A stretch of 64,000 bases of DNA, taken from the NCBI GenBank assembly GCA_021820465.1, contig JAKADP010000001.1:45119-109118 (forward strand), given 5' to 3'. This DNA comes from Bacillota bacterium (lineage in GTDB: Bacteria; Bacillota; Sulfobacillia; Sulfobacillales; JAIMBI01). The notes beneath the pieces were generated by a model. It was not told the DNA's origin. It searched no databases and saw nothing but the letters and a program-made list of their open reading frames with translations. A program made the translations under genes and the position numbers. Position 1 is the first letter of the stretch. Each line of letters opens with the position of its first letter. Shown piece after piece: positions 41,473 through 49,687 of the stretch.

Positions 41473-44222
41473 CGCGAGGCCTCGAGGAGCGCCTGCTGGC
41501 ATCGCGGGCACACGGCCCCTGGCAGGGCGGGCACCTGCCGCCAGCACCGAGGGCACTTGGGCCACGGCGAGGCGGTGGCCTGGGCGCGCCATGCGGCCCC
41601 GGTGCCTTGCGCGACCGCCACCGTGGCCGTCATGAGCATGGTCTGCAACAGGTCCGCCTCCTGGGCCACGCTCAGTGCGTCCACCCCCTCGGGCACCCAA
41701 ATCGTCAAGTCCGCACCGCCCGGACTGCCAATCAAGCCGGCCCTCCGCGCCTCTTCCAGGGCCAACAGCCCGGCGTCGCGGGCCGGAAATAGCGCCCGCA
41801 CCCTGGCGGCCCCCGGCTGCTCCGCCGCGCCCACCGGCAGCACTGGCCACAACACATCCCAGGTGGCCCCGGGAAAGCCGCGATGCTCCCGAATCTCCTC
41901 GGCGGTGAACGGGCAGATGGGCATGAGCACGGCCTGCAGCACCTCCAGCGCATGCCACAGCACGGTCTGCACCGCACGCCGGGCGGGGTCAGCCGCCGCC
42001 AGCGTGTAGAGCGGGTCCTTGGCCACGTCCAGATAAAAGGTGGACAGGCTGACCGTGCACAGCCGGGTCAGCTCCTGCACCACCACGTGAAATTCGTACG
42101 CCTCGTAAGCTCGGCGCATTTTCTTTAAACTGTCCGCCAGCTCCGCCATGGCCCACTGCTCCAGCGGCGGCAAGTCCGACAGGCCCACCGCCTGGCCGGG
42201 ATCGAAGGCGGCCAAGTTTCCCACCAGAAAGCGGGCGGTGTTGCGAAGCTTGCGGTACGTCTCCGCCACGCGCGCGAGCTGGTCGTCGGACACGCGCACG
42301 TCGCCGCGAAAGTCGCCGGCGGCCACCCACAGGCGCATCACGTCTGCGCCATAGCGGTCCACCAGCTTCATCGGATCGACGACGTTGCCCAGCGACTTGT
42401 GCATGGGGCGCCCCACGCCATCCAGCACCCACCCGTGCGTCAGCACACCCCGGTAGGGAGCCTGCCCCCGCCACGCCACGCCCTCCGTGAGGAGCGAATT
42501 GAACCAGCCGCGAAACTGATCCCCGCCCTCCAGCACGAGGTCGGCGGGCCAGGTGAGTTCGGAGCGCTCTGCCAACACCGCGGCTTGTGTGGCGCCCGAG
42601 TCAAACCACACATCAAACACGTTCCACTCGCGCTCCAGCCGACTTCCGCCACAGGCACAGCGCAGCGGTGGGTCGGGCAGCAGGCGCTCGACGTCCCACT
42701 CCCACCAAATGTTGGACCCATGGGCCGCCACCAGTGCCGCCACATGCCGCACGCTGTCCGCCGTCATGACCGGCGCGCCACAGTCTTGGCACGTGAAGGC
42801 CGGAATCGGCAGCCCCCAGGCACGCTGGCGCGATAGGCACCAGTCCCGGCGGTCCACCACCATGAGGCGCATCCGCTCCTGGGCCCACGCGGGGGTCCAG
42901 GTCACCTGAGGAATGGCGGCCAGCAGCTTCTGGCGCACGGGCTCCAAGCGGAAAAACCACTGCGAGGTCGCCCGAAAAATAACCGGCTGCTTGCAGCGCC
43001 AGCAGTGAGGAAATTGATGAGCCAGCGGGCGCTCGCACAGCAGGGCACCCGCCTCCTGCAGGACCGCCAGGATTGCCCCCTCCGCTTCTTGGTAGCCAAG
43101 CCCTGCCACCTTCGGGGTCCCCTCCACGAACCGCCCGCGGTCGTCCAGCGGCTGCACGATGGGCAGCGACCAGGCACGGCCTAGGTCAAAGTCCTCGATG
43201 CCGTGGCCGGGCGCGGTGTGCACCAGCCCAGTGCCCTGGTCTGCCGTGACGTGCTCGCCCGGCACGAGTGGCACCCGATGCCCTAGGTACGGGTGCGCAG
43301 TGGCGACGCCCGCGAGCGCGTGGCCGTCCACCTCCTGCACGACACGGTCGGCGCTGAGCCCTACGTCTGCCAGAAAGGTCTCGGCCAGCGCGCTGGCCAC
43401 CAGCAGCAGGCCCTCGGGCGTGCTGAGCACCTGATACCGAAATTCGGGATTGTAGGCGATGGCCACGCTGGCAGGCAGGGTCCACGGCGTCGTCGTCCAG
43501 ATGACCGCACGCGTCCCTTCCGGCAGGGTCCCCCGATCCTCAGGCCGGACGGAAAACGCCACCCAAATCCCGCGTGAGGTTTTTTCGCGGTACTCCAGCT
43601 CGGCCTCCGCCAGTGCGGTTTCGCAGTGCGGACACCAGTGCACGGCTTTTAAGTCTTTGTACACCAGGCCCTGCTGCACGATGTCCGCAAACAGTCGCAG
43701 CTCCGCGGCCTCAAACGCGGGGTCCAGCGTCGTGTACGGGTGCTCCCAATCCCCCATGATCCCGAGCCGCTGAAACTGTCGGGTCATCTCGGTCAGATAG
43801 TGCTGTGCGGTCCGGGCCGAGGTGCGGCGGAGCTCAAGCGGGTCAATCTCGCGCTGGCCCACCCCCAGCTCCTTGAGCGCCTGCATCTCAATCGGGAGGC
43901 CGTGCGTGTCCCACCCGGGGACATACTGCACGTCCTTGCCGTTCAACACCTCGCGCCGATTGATGATGTCTTTGAGCACTTTGTTCAAGAGCGTGCCCAT
44001 GTGGACGTCCCCGTTGGCGTACGGTGGGCCGTCGTGCAGGACATAGCGGGGCTGGCCGGCCCGCCGTGCGGCCAGCACGCGCCCCGCGTCCTCCGCCTGC
44101 CATCGGGCAAGCCGCCGCGGCTCCTCGGCGGCCAGGTTGCCCCGCATGGGAAAGCTCGTCCTTGGCAGATTCAGCGTCTCCCGCCATTCGGATCCCGTCC
44201 CGCTGCCCCCGCTCCCGCTCAT
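41469..44222 (-). CDS. ileS: Isoleucine--tRNA ligase
   Basis: 917 aa. It contains PPYANGDVHMGT (HIGH), KMHKSLGN-type KMSKS (PMHKSLGN), an editing domain, and C-terminal zinc-finger Cys pairs. AGGAGG lies 8 nt upstream of the ATG. Confidence 0.95.
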   Translation of the reverse strand: MSGSGGSGTGSEWRETLNLPRTSFPMRGNLAAEEPRRLARWQAEDAGRVLAARRAGQPRYVLHDGPPYANGDVHMGTLLNKVLKDIINRREVLNGKDVQYVPGWDTHGLPIEMQALKELGVGQREIDPLELRRTSARTAQHYLTEMTRQFQRLGIMGDWEHPYTTLDPAFEAAELRLFADIVQQGLVYKDLKAVHWCPHCETALAEAELEYREKTSRGIWVAFSVRPEDRGTLPEGTRAVIWTTTPWTLPASVAIAYNPEFRYQVLSTPEGLLLVASALAETFLADVGLSADRVVQEVDGHALAGVATAHPYLGHRVPLVPGEHVTADQGTGLVHTAPGHGIEDFDLGRAWSLPIVQPLDDRGRFVEGTPKVAGLGYQEAEGAILAVLQEAGALLCERPLAHQFPHCWRCKQPVIFRATSQWFFRLEPVRQKLLAAIPQVTWTPAWAQERMRLMVVDRRDWCLSRQRAWGLPIPAFTCQDCGAPVMTADSVRHVAALVAAHGSNIWWEWDVERLLPDPPLRCACGGSRLEREWNVFDVWFDSGATQAAVLAERSELTWPADLVLEGGDQFRGWFNSLLTEGVAWRGQAPYRGVLTHGWVLDGVGRPMHKSLGNVVDPMKLVDRYGADVMRLWVAAGDFRGDVRVSDDQLARVAETYRKLRNTARFLVGNLAAFDPGQAVGLSDLPPLEQWAMAELADSLKKMRRAYEAYEFHVVVQELTRLCTVSLSTFYLDVAKDPLYTLAAADPARRAVQTVLWHALEVLQAVLMPICPFTAEEIREHRGFPGATWDVLWPVLPVGAAEQPGAARVRALFPARDAGLLALEEARRAGLIGSPGGADLTIWVPEGVDALSVAQEADLLQTMLMTATVAVAQGTGAAWRAQATASPWPKCPRCWRQVPALPGAVCPRCQQALLEASR

Positions 44223-44545
44223 CTGACCGCCTCCTGACCTCGATGCCTGGGCTCCAAAACAAAAAATCGCCCCCCAAGGGGCGACGATGTCGCGCTACCA
44301 CCCTCGATCCGCCAGCACGCTGGCGCTCGTCCGACCGCTAACGGGGTCAGCCGGCCCGGCTACTTATTTCGCCTGCGGCACTCCCGGGTGATGTCCGCTG
44401 CGTCTGCCGCCGGCTCGCACCCCCGCCGGCTCTCTGGGGCTTCGCGCAACTTCGGTCCCGATCATCGTCTTCGCGTCTATAACGCCCTCAGTGGGGCCCC
44501 CAGTGAGGCCCTCGATAAGCCCGCCACCACATCCTCAACCGCAGG
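44223..44545 (-). promoter_or_regulatory. T-box riboswitch leader of ileS (Ile AUC specifier)
   Basis: On the minus strand, stem-I elements are GCGAAGACGATGA and CAGAGAGCC...GGTGCGAGCC. The specifier region is GGAC-AUC-A (AUC at 44392-44390). The T-box core is GAGGGTGGTAGCGCG (44305-44291). The terminator follows directly. Confidence 0.8.
44256..44284 (-). terminator. T-box terminator hairpin TCGCCCC-TTGG-GGGGCGA plus TTTTTTGTTTT
   Basis: Read directly on the minus strand. Its 5' arm overlaps the region that can pair with the T-box core to form the antiterminator. Confidence 0.8.
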
Positions 44546-44549
44546 CTCC

Positions 44550-44578
44550 ATAATACCCACAGGCGATGGCCCCCGCAA
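44550..44578 (-). promoter_or_regulatory. ileS sigma-A promoter TTGCGG-N17-TATTAT
   Basis: Minus-strand -35 is at 44578-44573 and -10 at 44555-44550. Spacer is 17 nt. It lies just upstream of the T-box stem I. Confidence 0.5.
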
Positions 44579-44715
44579 GAGGCGCCGCAGGCCCCGCGCC
44601 CCTGCACTCTCCCCCGGAGCGCCACGCCCCCTCAGCGCAGCCACCGGCGGTGGCCCTTCCGAGCCGATCGCTTCCCCCAAGCCCGCTCTCTATAGAGCCT
44701 GCGGTTCCGTAGGCG

Positions 44716-45174
44716 CTAGTCCACCTCGCCGGGATGCGCCTCGTCCAGCAGCGACAGCTGGCCTTGCAACATGCCGCGCACCCGGGCCCGAAACGTATCC
44801 CATTCGCGCCGCATGGCCATGAGCTGCTCTTGATAGTCGTGCAGCTGCCGCTCGGCCTGGCCCACGATCTCCGCCGCCCGCGTGTTGGCCTCGCGCACGA
44901 TCGACTCGGCGTCGCGCTCGGCCGCGGCTCTGACGTTGTCGGCCGCGCTCTGCGCCACCACCAGCGTCGTCTTCAGCGTCTCCTCCAGCTTGCGGTACTG
45001 CTCGATGCGCTCCCCGATCCCCGACAGCTGCTGCCGCAAGTCTTCATTTTCCTTCAGCGCCGCCTCAAAATCCCGGACCACATGGTCAAGAAACTCATTA
45101 ACTTCGTCTTCCTGGTAGCCTCGGAAACCGCGCTTGAACTCTTTGTTGTAAATGTCGACCGGGGTCAGGGGCAT
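44716..45174 (-). CDS. divIVA: Cell-division/polarity protein DivIVA
   Basis: ORF 44716..45231. ATG 45174 gives the canonical MPLTPVDIYNKEFKRGFRGYQEDEVNEFLD N-terminus followed by coiled coil. GGAGGAGG lies 8 nt upstream. Confidence 0.9.
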   Translation of the reverse strand: MPLTPVDIYNKEFKRGFRGYQEDEVNEFLDHVVRDFEAALKENEDLRQQLSGIGERIEQYRKLEETLKTTLVVAQSAADNVRAAAERDAESIVREANTRAAEIVGQAERQLHDYQEQLMAMRREWDTFRARVRGMLQGQLSLLDEAHPGEVD

Positions 45175-45181
45175 CACAAGG

Positions 45182-45229
45182 CCTCCTCCAACTGCTCCTC
45201 CAACGGCTCCTCCAACGGCTCCTCGAATC
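45182..45229. repeat. 12-bp tandem repeat x4 (minus strand CGTTGGAGGAGC) filling the yggT-divIVA spacer
   Basis: Plus-strand copies are cctcctccaact, gctcctccaacg, gctcctccaacg and gctcctcgaatc. Three minus-strand units carry a GGAGGAG SD-like core and the fourth, distal unit (GATTCGAGGAGC) retains GAGGAG. The proximal unit serves as the divIVA RBS. Confidence 0.9.
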
Positions 45230-45253
45230 ATGCGCGGTCATCGGCGCGGTGGC

Positions 45254-45544
45254 TCAGACATGCTGAGCGGCCCACACCAGCAGGTCTCCCACCAGCCCAC
45301 CCAAAATATCTGCCAACAGCAACGCCACCACGGGGGAGAAGTCCATGCCCCCCCAAGCCGGCACAAGCCGACGAACGGGGCGCACGATCGGGTCGGTCAG
45401 ATCATCGACGAACCCGGACACATTCGCCCACCACCCCGGCTGGCGCGGCGGCACAAACGACCCGATCACCCGAACTAACAGCACGACGTACACGAAGCGG
45501 AGCAGCCACTTCAACGAGAGCGCCAGATTGACCAACACCACCAA
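45254..45544 (-). CDS. yggT: YggT-family membrane protein (YlmG)
   Basis: 96 aa. It has two TM helices and the family motif LTDPIVRPVRRLVP. Confidence 0.85.
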   Translation of the reverse strand: MVVLVNLALSLKWLLRFVYVVLLVRVIGSFVPPRQPGWWANVSGFVDDLTDPIVRPVRRLVPAWGGMDFSPVVALLLADILGGLVGDLLVWAAQHV

Positions 45545-45556
45545 GCCCTGGGCCTC

Positions 45557-45988
45557 CTACTTGCCGAAGGCGCGCACCCAGTTGCCGTCGTCCTGGTCGT
45601 CACCCGCTACCTCGACGTTGCTGGGCGTCGCCAGAAAGATGCCATCACCGACCTTGCGCAAGCTGCCATCCAAGGCGTACACCACGCCGGACAGGAAATT
45701 GAGCAGCCGCTGGCCGGCGCGCTCGTCCGCCAGGTCCAGGTTGACGATCACGGGCCGCCGGCCCTTGACCTGATCCGCGATGGTTTGCCCGTCCTCCAGC
45801 GACTTCGGGTGCATCACCACCACACGAACGCCACTGCCGCGGTTCCCGCCGGCCAGGCTCACCACCGGCGGCTTCTTGGCCTTCTTAGGCACTTCCGGCT
45901 CCCAGTCCGGCTCCTTGCTGTCGGCATACTCGTCAATCTCTTCAATCCCCACGAAGTTCAGCAGCTTCTGCACCACCGTGCTGGTCAC
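45557..45988 (-). CDS. sepF: Cell division protein SepF (YlmF)
   Basis: C-terminal 143 aa of ORF 45557..46312. GTG 45988 follows GAGGGGGA. The N-terminus is VTSTVVQKLLNFVGIEE, the membrane-targeting helix. The core is VVVMHPKSLEDGQTIADQVKGRRPVIVNL...QRLLNFLSGVVYALDG. Confidence 0.85.
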   Translation of the reverse strand: MTSTVVQKLLNFVGIEEIDEYADSKEPDWEPEVPKKAKKPPVVSLAGGNRGSGVRVVVMHPKSLEDGQTIADQVKGRRPVIVNLDLADERAGQRLLNFLSGVVYALDGSLRKVGDGIFLATPSNVEVAGDDQDDGNWVRAFGK

Positions 45989-46008
45989 GTCGCGTTCCCC
46001 CTCTGTGC

Positions 46009-46725
46009 TCAGTTGTCCCCACCTGGCGCCGGAAGCGGCCGGGCGCCAAACAGCGCCGTCCCAATTCGCACCTCCGTGGCGCCGTGGTGGATAGCCATCT
46101 CGAAATCCTCGGACATGCCCATCGACAACTCCGTGCACGGGGCCCATGGCCACCCTGCGCGCCGTGCAGCCTCCCAGACCGCCCGCGCCTCCTCCATGGC
46201 CCGAACCCGCTGACGCTCGTCCACGCGGGGAAGCACCGCCATCAGGCCCACCACGGACACGCCGGCCTCGGGTCCCAATCCCTCCAAGAATCCGAGGACG
46301 TGCTCGGGCCACACCCCCTGCTTCTGCGGCTCCCGCCCCACGTTCACCTGAACCATGATGGGCCGCGGCCGGCCGGGATCGCGCGCCAGTTGCGTCACCA
46401 AACTGACCCGGTCCACAGTCTGGATCAATTGGAAGTAATCCCGGGCCAATTTTACCTTGTTGGACTGCAGGTGTCCAATCAGATGGAGGCTAATATCGCG
46501 AACCCATAGGGGTTGTGCATCAACAGGGCCATATTTTGCAATGGCTTCCTGGACGCGGTTTTCCCCAAAGCGGCGAAATCCCAGCTGAAATAGCTCATGA
46601 ACGGCCGCCAGCGGGTGTCCCTTGGCCACCGCCAGCACCGAGACGGCGTCGGGGGGGCGCCCGGCGGCGTGGCAGGCCGCCTCGACCTGGCCGCGGACGC
46701 GCGCGGCGCGCTCGGCGGCGGTCAA
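46009..46725 (-). CDS. yggS: YggS/YlmE-family PLP homeostasis protein
   Basis: ORF 46009..46887. It contains VLAVAKGHP, FGENRVQE, HLIGHLQSNKV and LSMGMSEDFEMAI. The start is taken as TTG 46725, overlapping the pgeF stop (TTGA), and is tentative. Confidence 0.8.
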   Translation of the reverse strand: MTAAERAARVRGQVEAACHAAGRPPDAVSVLAVAKGHPLAAVHELFQLGFRRFGENRVQEAIAKYGPVDAQPLWVRDISLHLIGHLQSNKVKLARDYFQLIQTVDRVSLVTQLARDPGRPRPIMVQVNVGREPQKQGVWPEHVLGFLEGLGPEAGVSVVGLMAVLPRVDERQRVRAMEEARAVWEAARRAGWPWAPCTELSMGMSEDFEMAIHHGATEVRIGTALFGARPLPAPGGDN

Positions 46726-47510
46726 GTGGGGTCCATCCGAAAGAAGCCGCCGTTGCGCCCCGTGCGGCCCCCTTCGCGGCGGTGCGAAAACAGCCACTCC
46801 GGGTGGCACGCGGTGCAGAGTCCCACCACCAGCACGCGCTCCTCCGCCACGCCGGCGGCGCACAAGAGCCGGCGGTTGGCTTCCCACAGATCGAGGTGCC
46901 GCCGGCTGTCCACGAGGCCCGGACCCAGGTCCAGCGCCATGACGGCATCCACCACCTCAGAGCCAACCTCGTAGCAACACGGCCCGATCGATGGCCCGAT
47001 CACCACGTCCAGCACGTTCGGGGCCGCGCCCCTAGCGGCCAGCGCCGCCACGCCCGCCCGGGCCACTCCCCGCACCGTCCCCCGCCACCCGGCATGCAAG
47101 AGGCCGCCAGCCGCGGGAGAGCGCGACGCCAGCCAAATCGGCACACAGTCCGCAAACGTCATGGCGATGGTCAGGCCGGCCTGCTCCGTCAGTAGGCCGT
47201 CGGCCACCGGTCCCGGACCGGGCACGGCCTCGGGGCCAAGCCACGCGACGTCCGGGCCGTGGACAAGCTGGCCCCAAACCGCGTCCGGGGTGGGCGCACC
47301 GCGGCTGATGGCCCGACGGCGGTTTTCGGCCACGGCCTGCGGCAGATCCCCCACATGGCGCGACAAGTTCAGGGTGCCATAAGGTGGGGCGCTGACGCCC
47401 CCGCCACGCCCCGCAAACCAAAGGCGCCCCGCCCCCAGCCGCCCGCGCCAGCCCCCGGCCGGGTCCGCCTCCCACTGACCGCGCCACGCCGCTCCTGGTT
47501 CCCTGCTCAT
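46722..47510 (-). CDS. pgeF: Laccase-domain protein PgeF/YlmD (DUF152)
   Basis: 262 aa. It contains TFADCVPI, HAGWRGTV and CTACHPEWLFSHRR. Confidence 0.85.
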   Translation of the reverse strand: MSREPGAAWRGQWEADPAGGWRGRLGAGRLWFAGRGGGVSAPPYGTLNLSRHVGDLPQAVAENRRRAISRGAPTPDAVWGQLVHGPDVAWLGPEAVPGPGPVADGLLTEQAGLTIAMTFADCVPIWLASRSPAAGGLLHAGWRGTVRGVARAGVAALAARGAAPNVLDVVIGPSIGPCCYEVGSEVVDAVMALDLGPGLVDSRRHLDLWEANRRLLCAAGVAEERVLVVGLCTACHPEWLFSHRREGGRTGRNGGFFRMDPT

Positions 47511-47576
47511 GCAGAGAGCTTCGCGGCGGGCGGTGGAGGTTCCTGCCCGCGTGAGGTGCCGACGAAGTTTTTCGTG

Positions 47577-47831
47577 CTAGCCCGCGTTCAGGGTGTCGGG
47601 GACGATGTCGACCAGGATGACGTCCTCACCGATTTTATGGATGCGCTCCCATGGGATGACCATGTCCTTGTCCTTGCCGAAGAAGCCGAACATGCGCGCG
47701 GACCCCGATACCACCAGCGCGGTCACGGCGCCGCGCTCGAGGTCAATCTCCAAGTCACCGATGACGCCCAGCCGACGACCGTCCGAGATGTTGATGATGT
47801 CTTTCAGCCGCAGCTCCGATGTCTTGACCAT
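47577..47831 (-). CDS. ylmC: YlmC/YmxH-family PRC-barrel sporulation protein
   Basis: C-terminal 84 aa of ORF 47577..48269. ATG 47831 follows AAGGAG. The product is MVKTSELRLKDIINISDGRRLGVIGDLEIDLERGAVTALVV...VIPWERIHKIGEDVILV. Confidence 0.8.
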   Translation of the reverse strand: MVKTSELRLKDIINISDGRRLGVIGDLEIDLERGAVTALVVSGSARMFGFFGKDKDMVIPWERIHKIGEDVILVDIVPDTLNAG

Positions 47832-47883
47832 TCGGCAGCTCCTTTCCGACGGGGTCGCCCAGCAATGTATGCGCAGAGGCCGC

Positions 47884-48129
47884 TCAGGATGCCGGCAGCC
47901 ACGCCCGCACGAAGGCCGGCAGCCACCACACGACTCTGACGGGCCGCGCCGCCTGCGGCCAGTGAAAAGTGGTGACCACCGGAACCAGCCACGGATGCGC
48001 CGCGGAGGGAGGCGCTCCGGCGCCCACCTGGGCCGCCTGAGCCGCCGGCGCCGCGGCCGCATGAGCGGCGCTCCACACCACAGCGAGGCTCTGCGCGGCC
48101 TCGGCGTACCCGTGCATCGCGATGGCCAT
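47884..48129 (-). CDS. Possible small Ala/Trp-rich hypothetical protein (81 aa)
   Basis: The ATG lies 3 nt after the sigG stop. Third codon positions are overwhelmingly G/C, as in real genes here. The product, MAIAMHGYAEAAQSLAVVWSAAH...VVWWLPAFVRAWLPAS, has no recognisable family. Confidence 0.3.
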   Translation of the reverse strand: MAIAMHGYAEAAQSLAVVWSAAHAAAAPAAQAAQVGAGAPPSAAHPWLVPVVTTFHWPQAARPVRVVWWLPAFVRAWLPAS

Positions 48130-48132
48130 CGA

Positions 48133-48906
48133 CTAGACGTACTTCCGCATGTGGCCCAACGCCGCCTTCTCCAGCCTCGACACCTGCGCCTGGGAAATGC
48201 CGATTTCCTCCGCAACCTCCATTTGGGTTTTGCCGTCGAAGAACCGCATCCGCAGGATGAGGCGCTCACGGTCGTTCAGACGCTCGAGCGCCTCTTTGAT
48301 CGCGATGCTTTCCAGCCAGCGCTGGTCTTCCACGCCGTCGTCCGCCACCTGGTCCATGACGAAGATCGGGTCGCCGCCGTCATGGTAGATGGGCTCAAAC
48401 AGGGAGAGCGGCTCCTGAATGGCGTCCAGCGCATAGAGGACTTCTTCGCGCGGCAGAGCCAGCTCCTCCGCAATTTCAGACAGCGACGGCTCCTTGCTAT
48501 AGCGGTGCACCAAGGCGTCGCGGACCTGAAGCGCCTTGTAGGCGACGTCGCGGAGCGATCGGCTGACGCGAATGGGGTTGTTGTCGCGCAGGTAGCGGCG
48601 GATTTCGCCGATAATCATGGGCACCGCGTACGTGGAAAACTTCACGTTCTGTCCCAGGTCAAAGTTGTCGATGGCCTTGATGAGCCCCACACATCCCACC
48701 TGGAACAGGTCGTCGCCATTTTCGCCGCGGTTGGCGAACCGCTGAATCACGGACAGCACCAGGCGGAGATTGCCTGAAATCAGCGCCTCCCGCGCCGTCA
48801 AGTCCCCGGCCTGCATGGCGGCAAACAGCTGGCGCATCTTGGCATTCGTCAGCACCGGCAGCTTCGATGTGTTGACCCCGGGAATTTCGACTTTGTTGAC
48901 CGGCAT
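48133..48906 (-). CDS. sigG: Forespore RNA polymerase sigma factor SigG
   Basis: 257 aa. It contains VEIPGVNTSKLPVLT, LISGNLRLVLSVIQRF, DDLFQVGCVGLIKAIDNFD, VKFSTYAVPMIIGEIRRYLRDN and TQMEVAEEIGISQAQVSRLEK. This is near-identical in pattern to Bacillus SigG. Confidence 0.9.
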   Translation of the reverse strand: MPVNKVEIPGVNTSKLPVLTNAKMRQLFAAMQAGDLTAREALISGNLRLVLSVIQRFANRGENGDDLFQVGCVGLIKAIDNFDLGQNVKFSTYAVPMIIGEIRRYLRDNNPIRVSRSLRDVAYKALQVRDALVHRYSKEPSLSEIAEELALPREEVLYALDAIQEPLSLFEPIYHDGGDPIFVMDQVADDGVEDQRWLESIAIKEALERLNDRERLILRMRFFDGKTQMEVAEEIGISQAQVSRLEKAALGHMRKYV

Positions 48907-48930
48907 AACCTGCCCCCCCGCATCGGGGGA

Positions 48931-48960
48931 CAGTATTCCCGCCAGCCGTCAGTTCATCCC
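48931..48960 (-). promoter_or_regulatory. Candidate forespore (sigma-F/G type) promoter of sigG
   Basis: The minus strand reads GGGATGAACT-N10-GGGAATACTG. The -10 part fits the remembered sigma-F pattern GGnnAnAHTR exactly. The -35 part (GGATGA versus GCATA/GTATA) is only approximate. Confidence 0.3.
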
Positions 48961-48972
48961 TTATTTTGGTAG

Positions 48973-49596
48973 TTATTGGGGACGATGGGATCCCGGCAGT
49001 TGCCGGACCAGCAGTCGGGCCTCGCTGCGCACCATCGTGGGCGATCCGTTGGTGAGATTCAGCACGCGCGCAAATCGCACATGCCCGTGTGGTCCCAGCA
49101 CATACAGGGCCGCTGTGTACACCAAATGTTGCGCCAGCACCGACACGCTCACCCCATAAGCGCTCCAGATCGCCGAGAGGGAAGTGAGCGAGCCCGTAAG
49201 ATAGGTTGCCCGCGGCTTGCTTGCCGGCAGGCGGGCGGCCAGCGCCGCGGCGGTCGTCACCGTGGGGTTGGTGTTGACCACGAGCCAAGCCACCCGCTCA
49301 TCGGTGGCAGCGCGGGCGGCCGCCAGGACACGGAGCGGCGGGGCGATAGGCCGCCCCGCCGCCGCAAACAGCAGCACGACCCAGCGGCCGCGCCAGTGGG
49401 CCAGCGGCGCGGGGCGCCCCTGGGTCGTCACCAAGGTAAATAAGGGCGCGGCCTCGCCCACCACCACCGACGAGGGCGCCAACTGACTCGTCGAGTCCGT
49501 GGGTCCCTGATTGAAGGTCAAATGTGATCCGAGGGCGGCAAAGAGGCCCAATAGCCCAATGCCCACGTACCCGAGCCAGCGCCACGGCTTCCTCAC
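48973..49596 (-). CDS. Membrane-anchored thioredoxin-fold protein, SCO1/SenC- or TlpA-like but lacking the active-site cysteines
   Basis: 207 aa with GTG 49596 after GGCGGGGAG. The N-terminal anchor is WLGYVGIGLLGLFAAL. The fold pattern is APLFTLVTTQGRPAPLAHWRGRWVVLLF-AAAGRPIAPP (where CxxC or CxxxC is expected) ... YLTGSLTSLSAIWSAYGV ... HLVYTAALYVLGPHGHV. Confidence 0.6.
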   Translation of the reverse strand: MRKPWRWLGYVGIGLLGLFAALGSHLTFNQGPTDSTSQLAPSSVVVGEAAPLFTLVTTQGRPAPLAHWRGRWVVLLFAAAGRPIAPPLRVLAAARAATDERVAWLVVNTNPTVTTAAALAARLPASKPRATYLTGSLTSLSAIWSAYGVSVSVLAQHLVYTAALYVLGPHGHVRFARVLNLTNGSPTMVRSEARLLVRQLPGSHRPQ

Positions 49597-49687
49597 GCGA
49601 ACTCCCCGCCTGACCGTGCCATCGTGTGATCGGTGATCCCCGTCACGAGCTTGTCGATGAGCCTACCACACCGCCGGCTGGGCGCCG

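Noticed and set aside
45175-45231. Longer DivIVA isoform starting at ATG 45231, adding MIRGAVGGAVGGAVGGGLV.
   Set aside because: There is no SD before 45231. The ATG at 45174 has an ideal GGAGGAGG and yields the canonical DivIVA N-terminus MPLTP.DI..K.F, which is needed at the very N-terminus for membrane binding.
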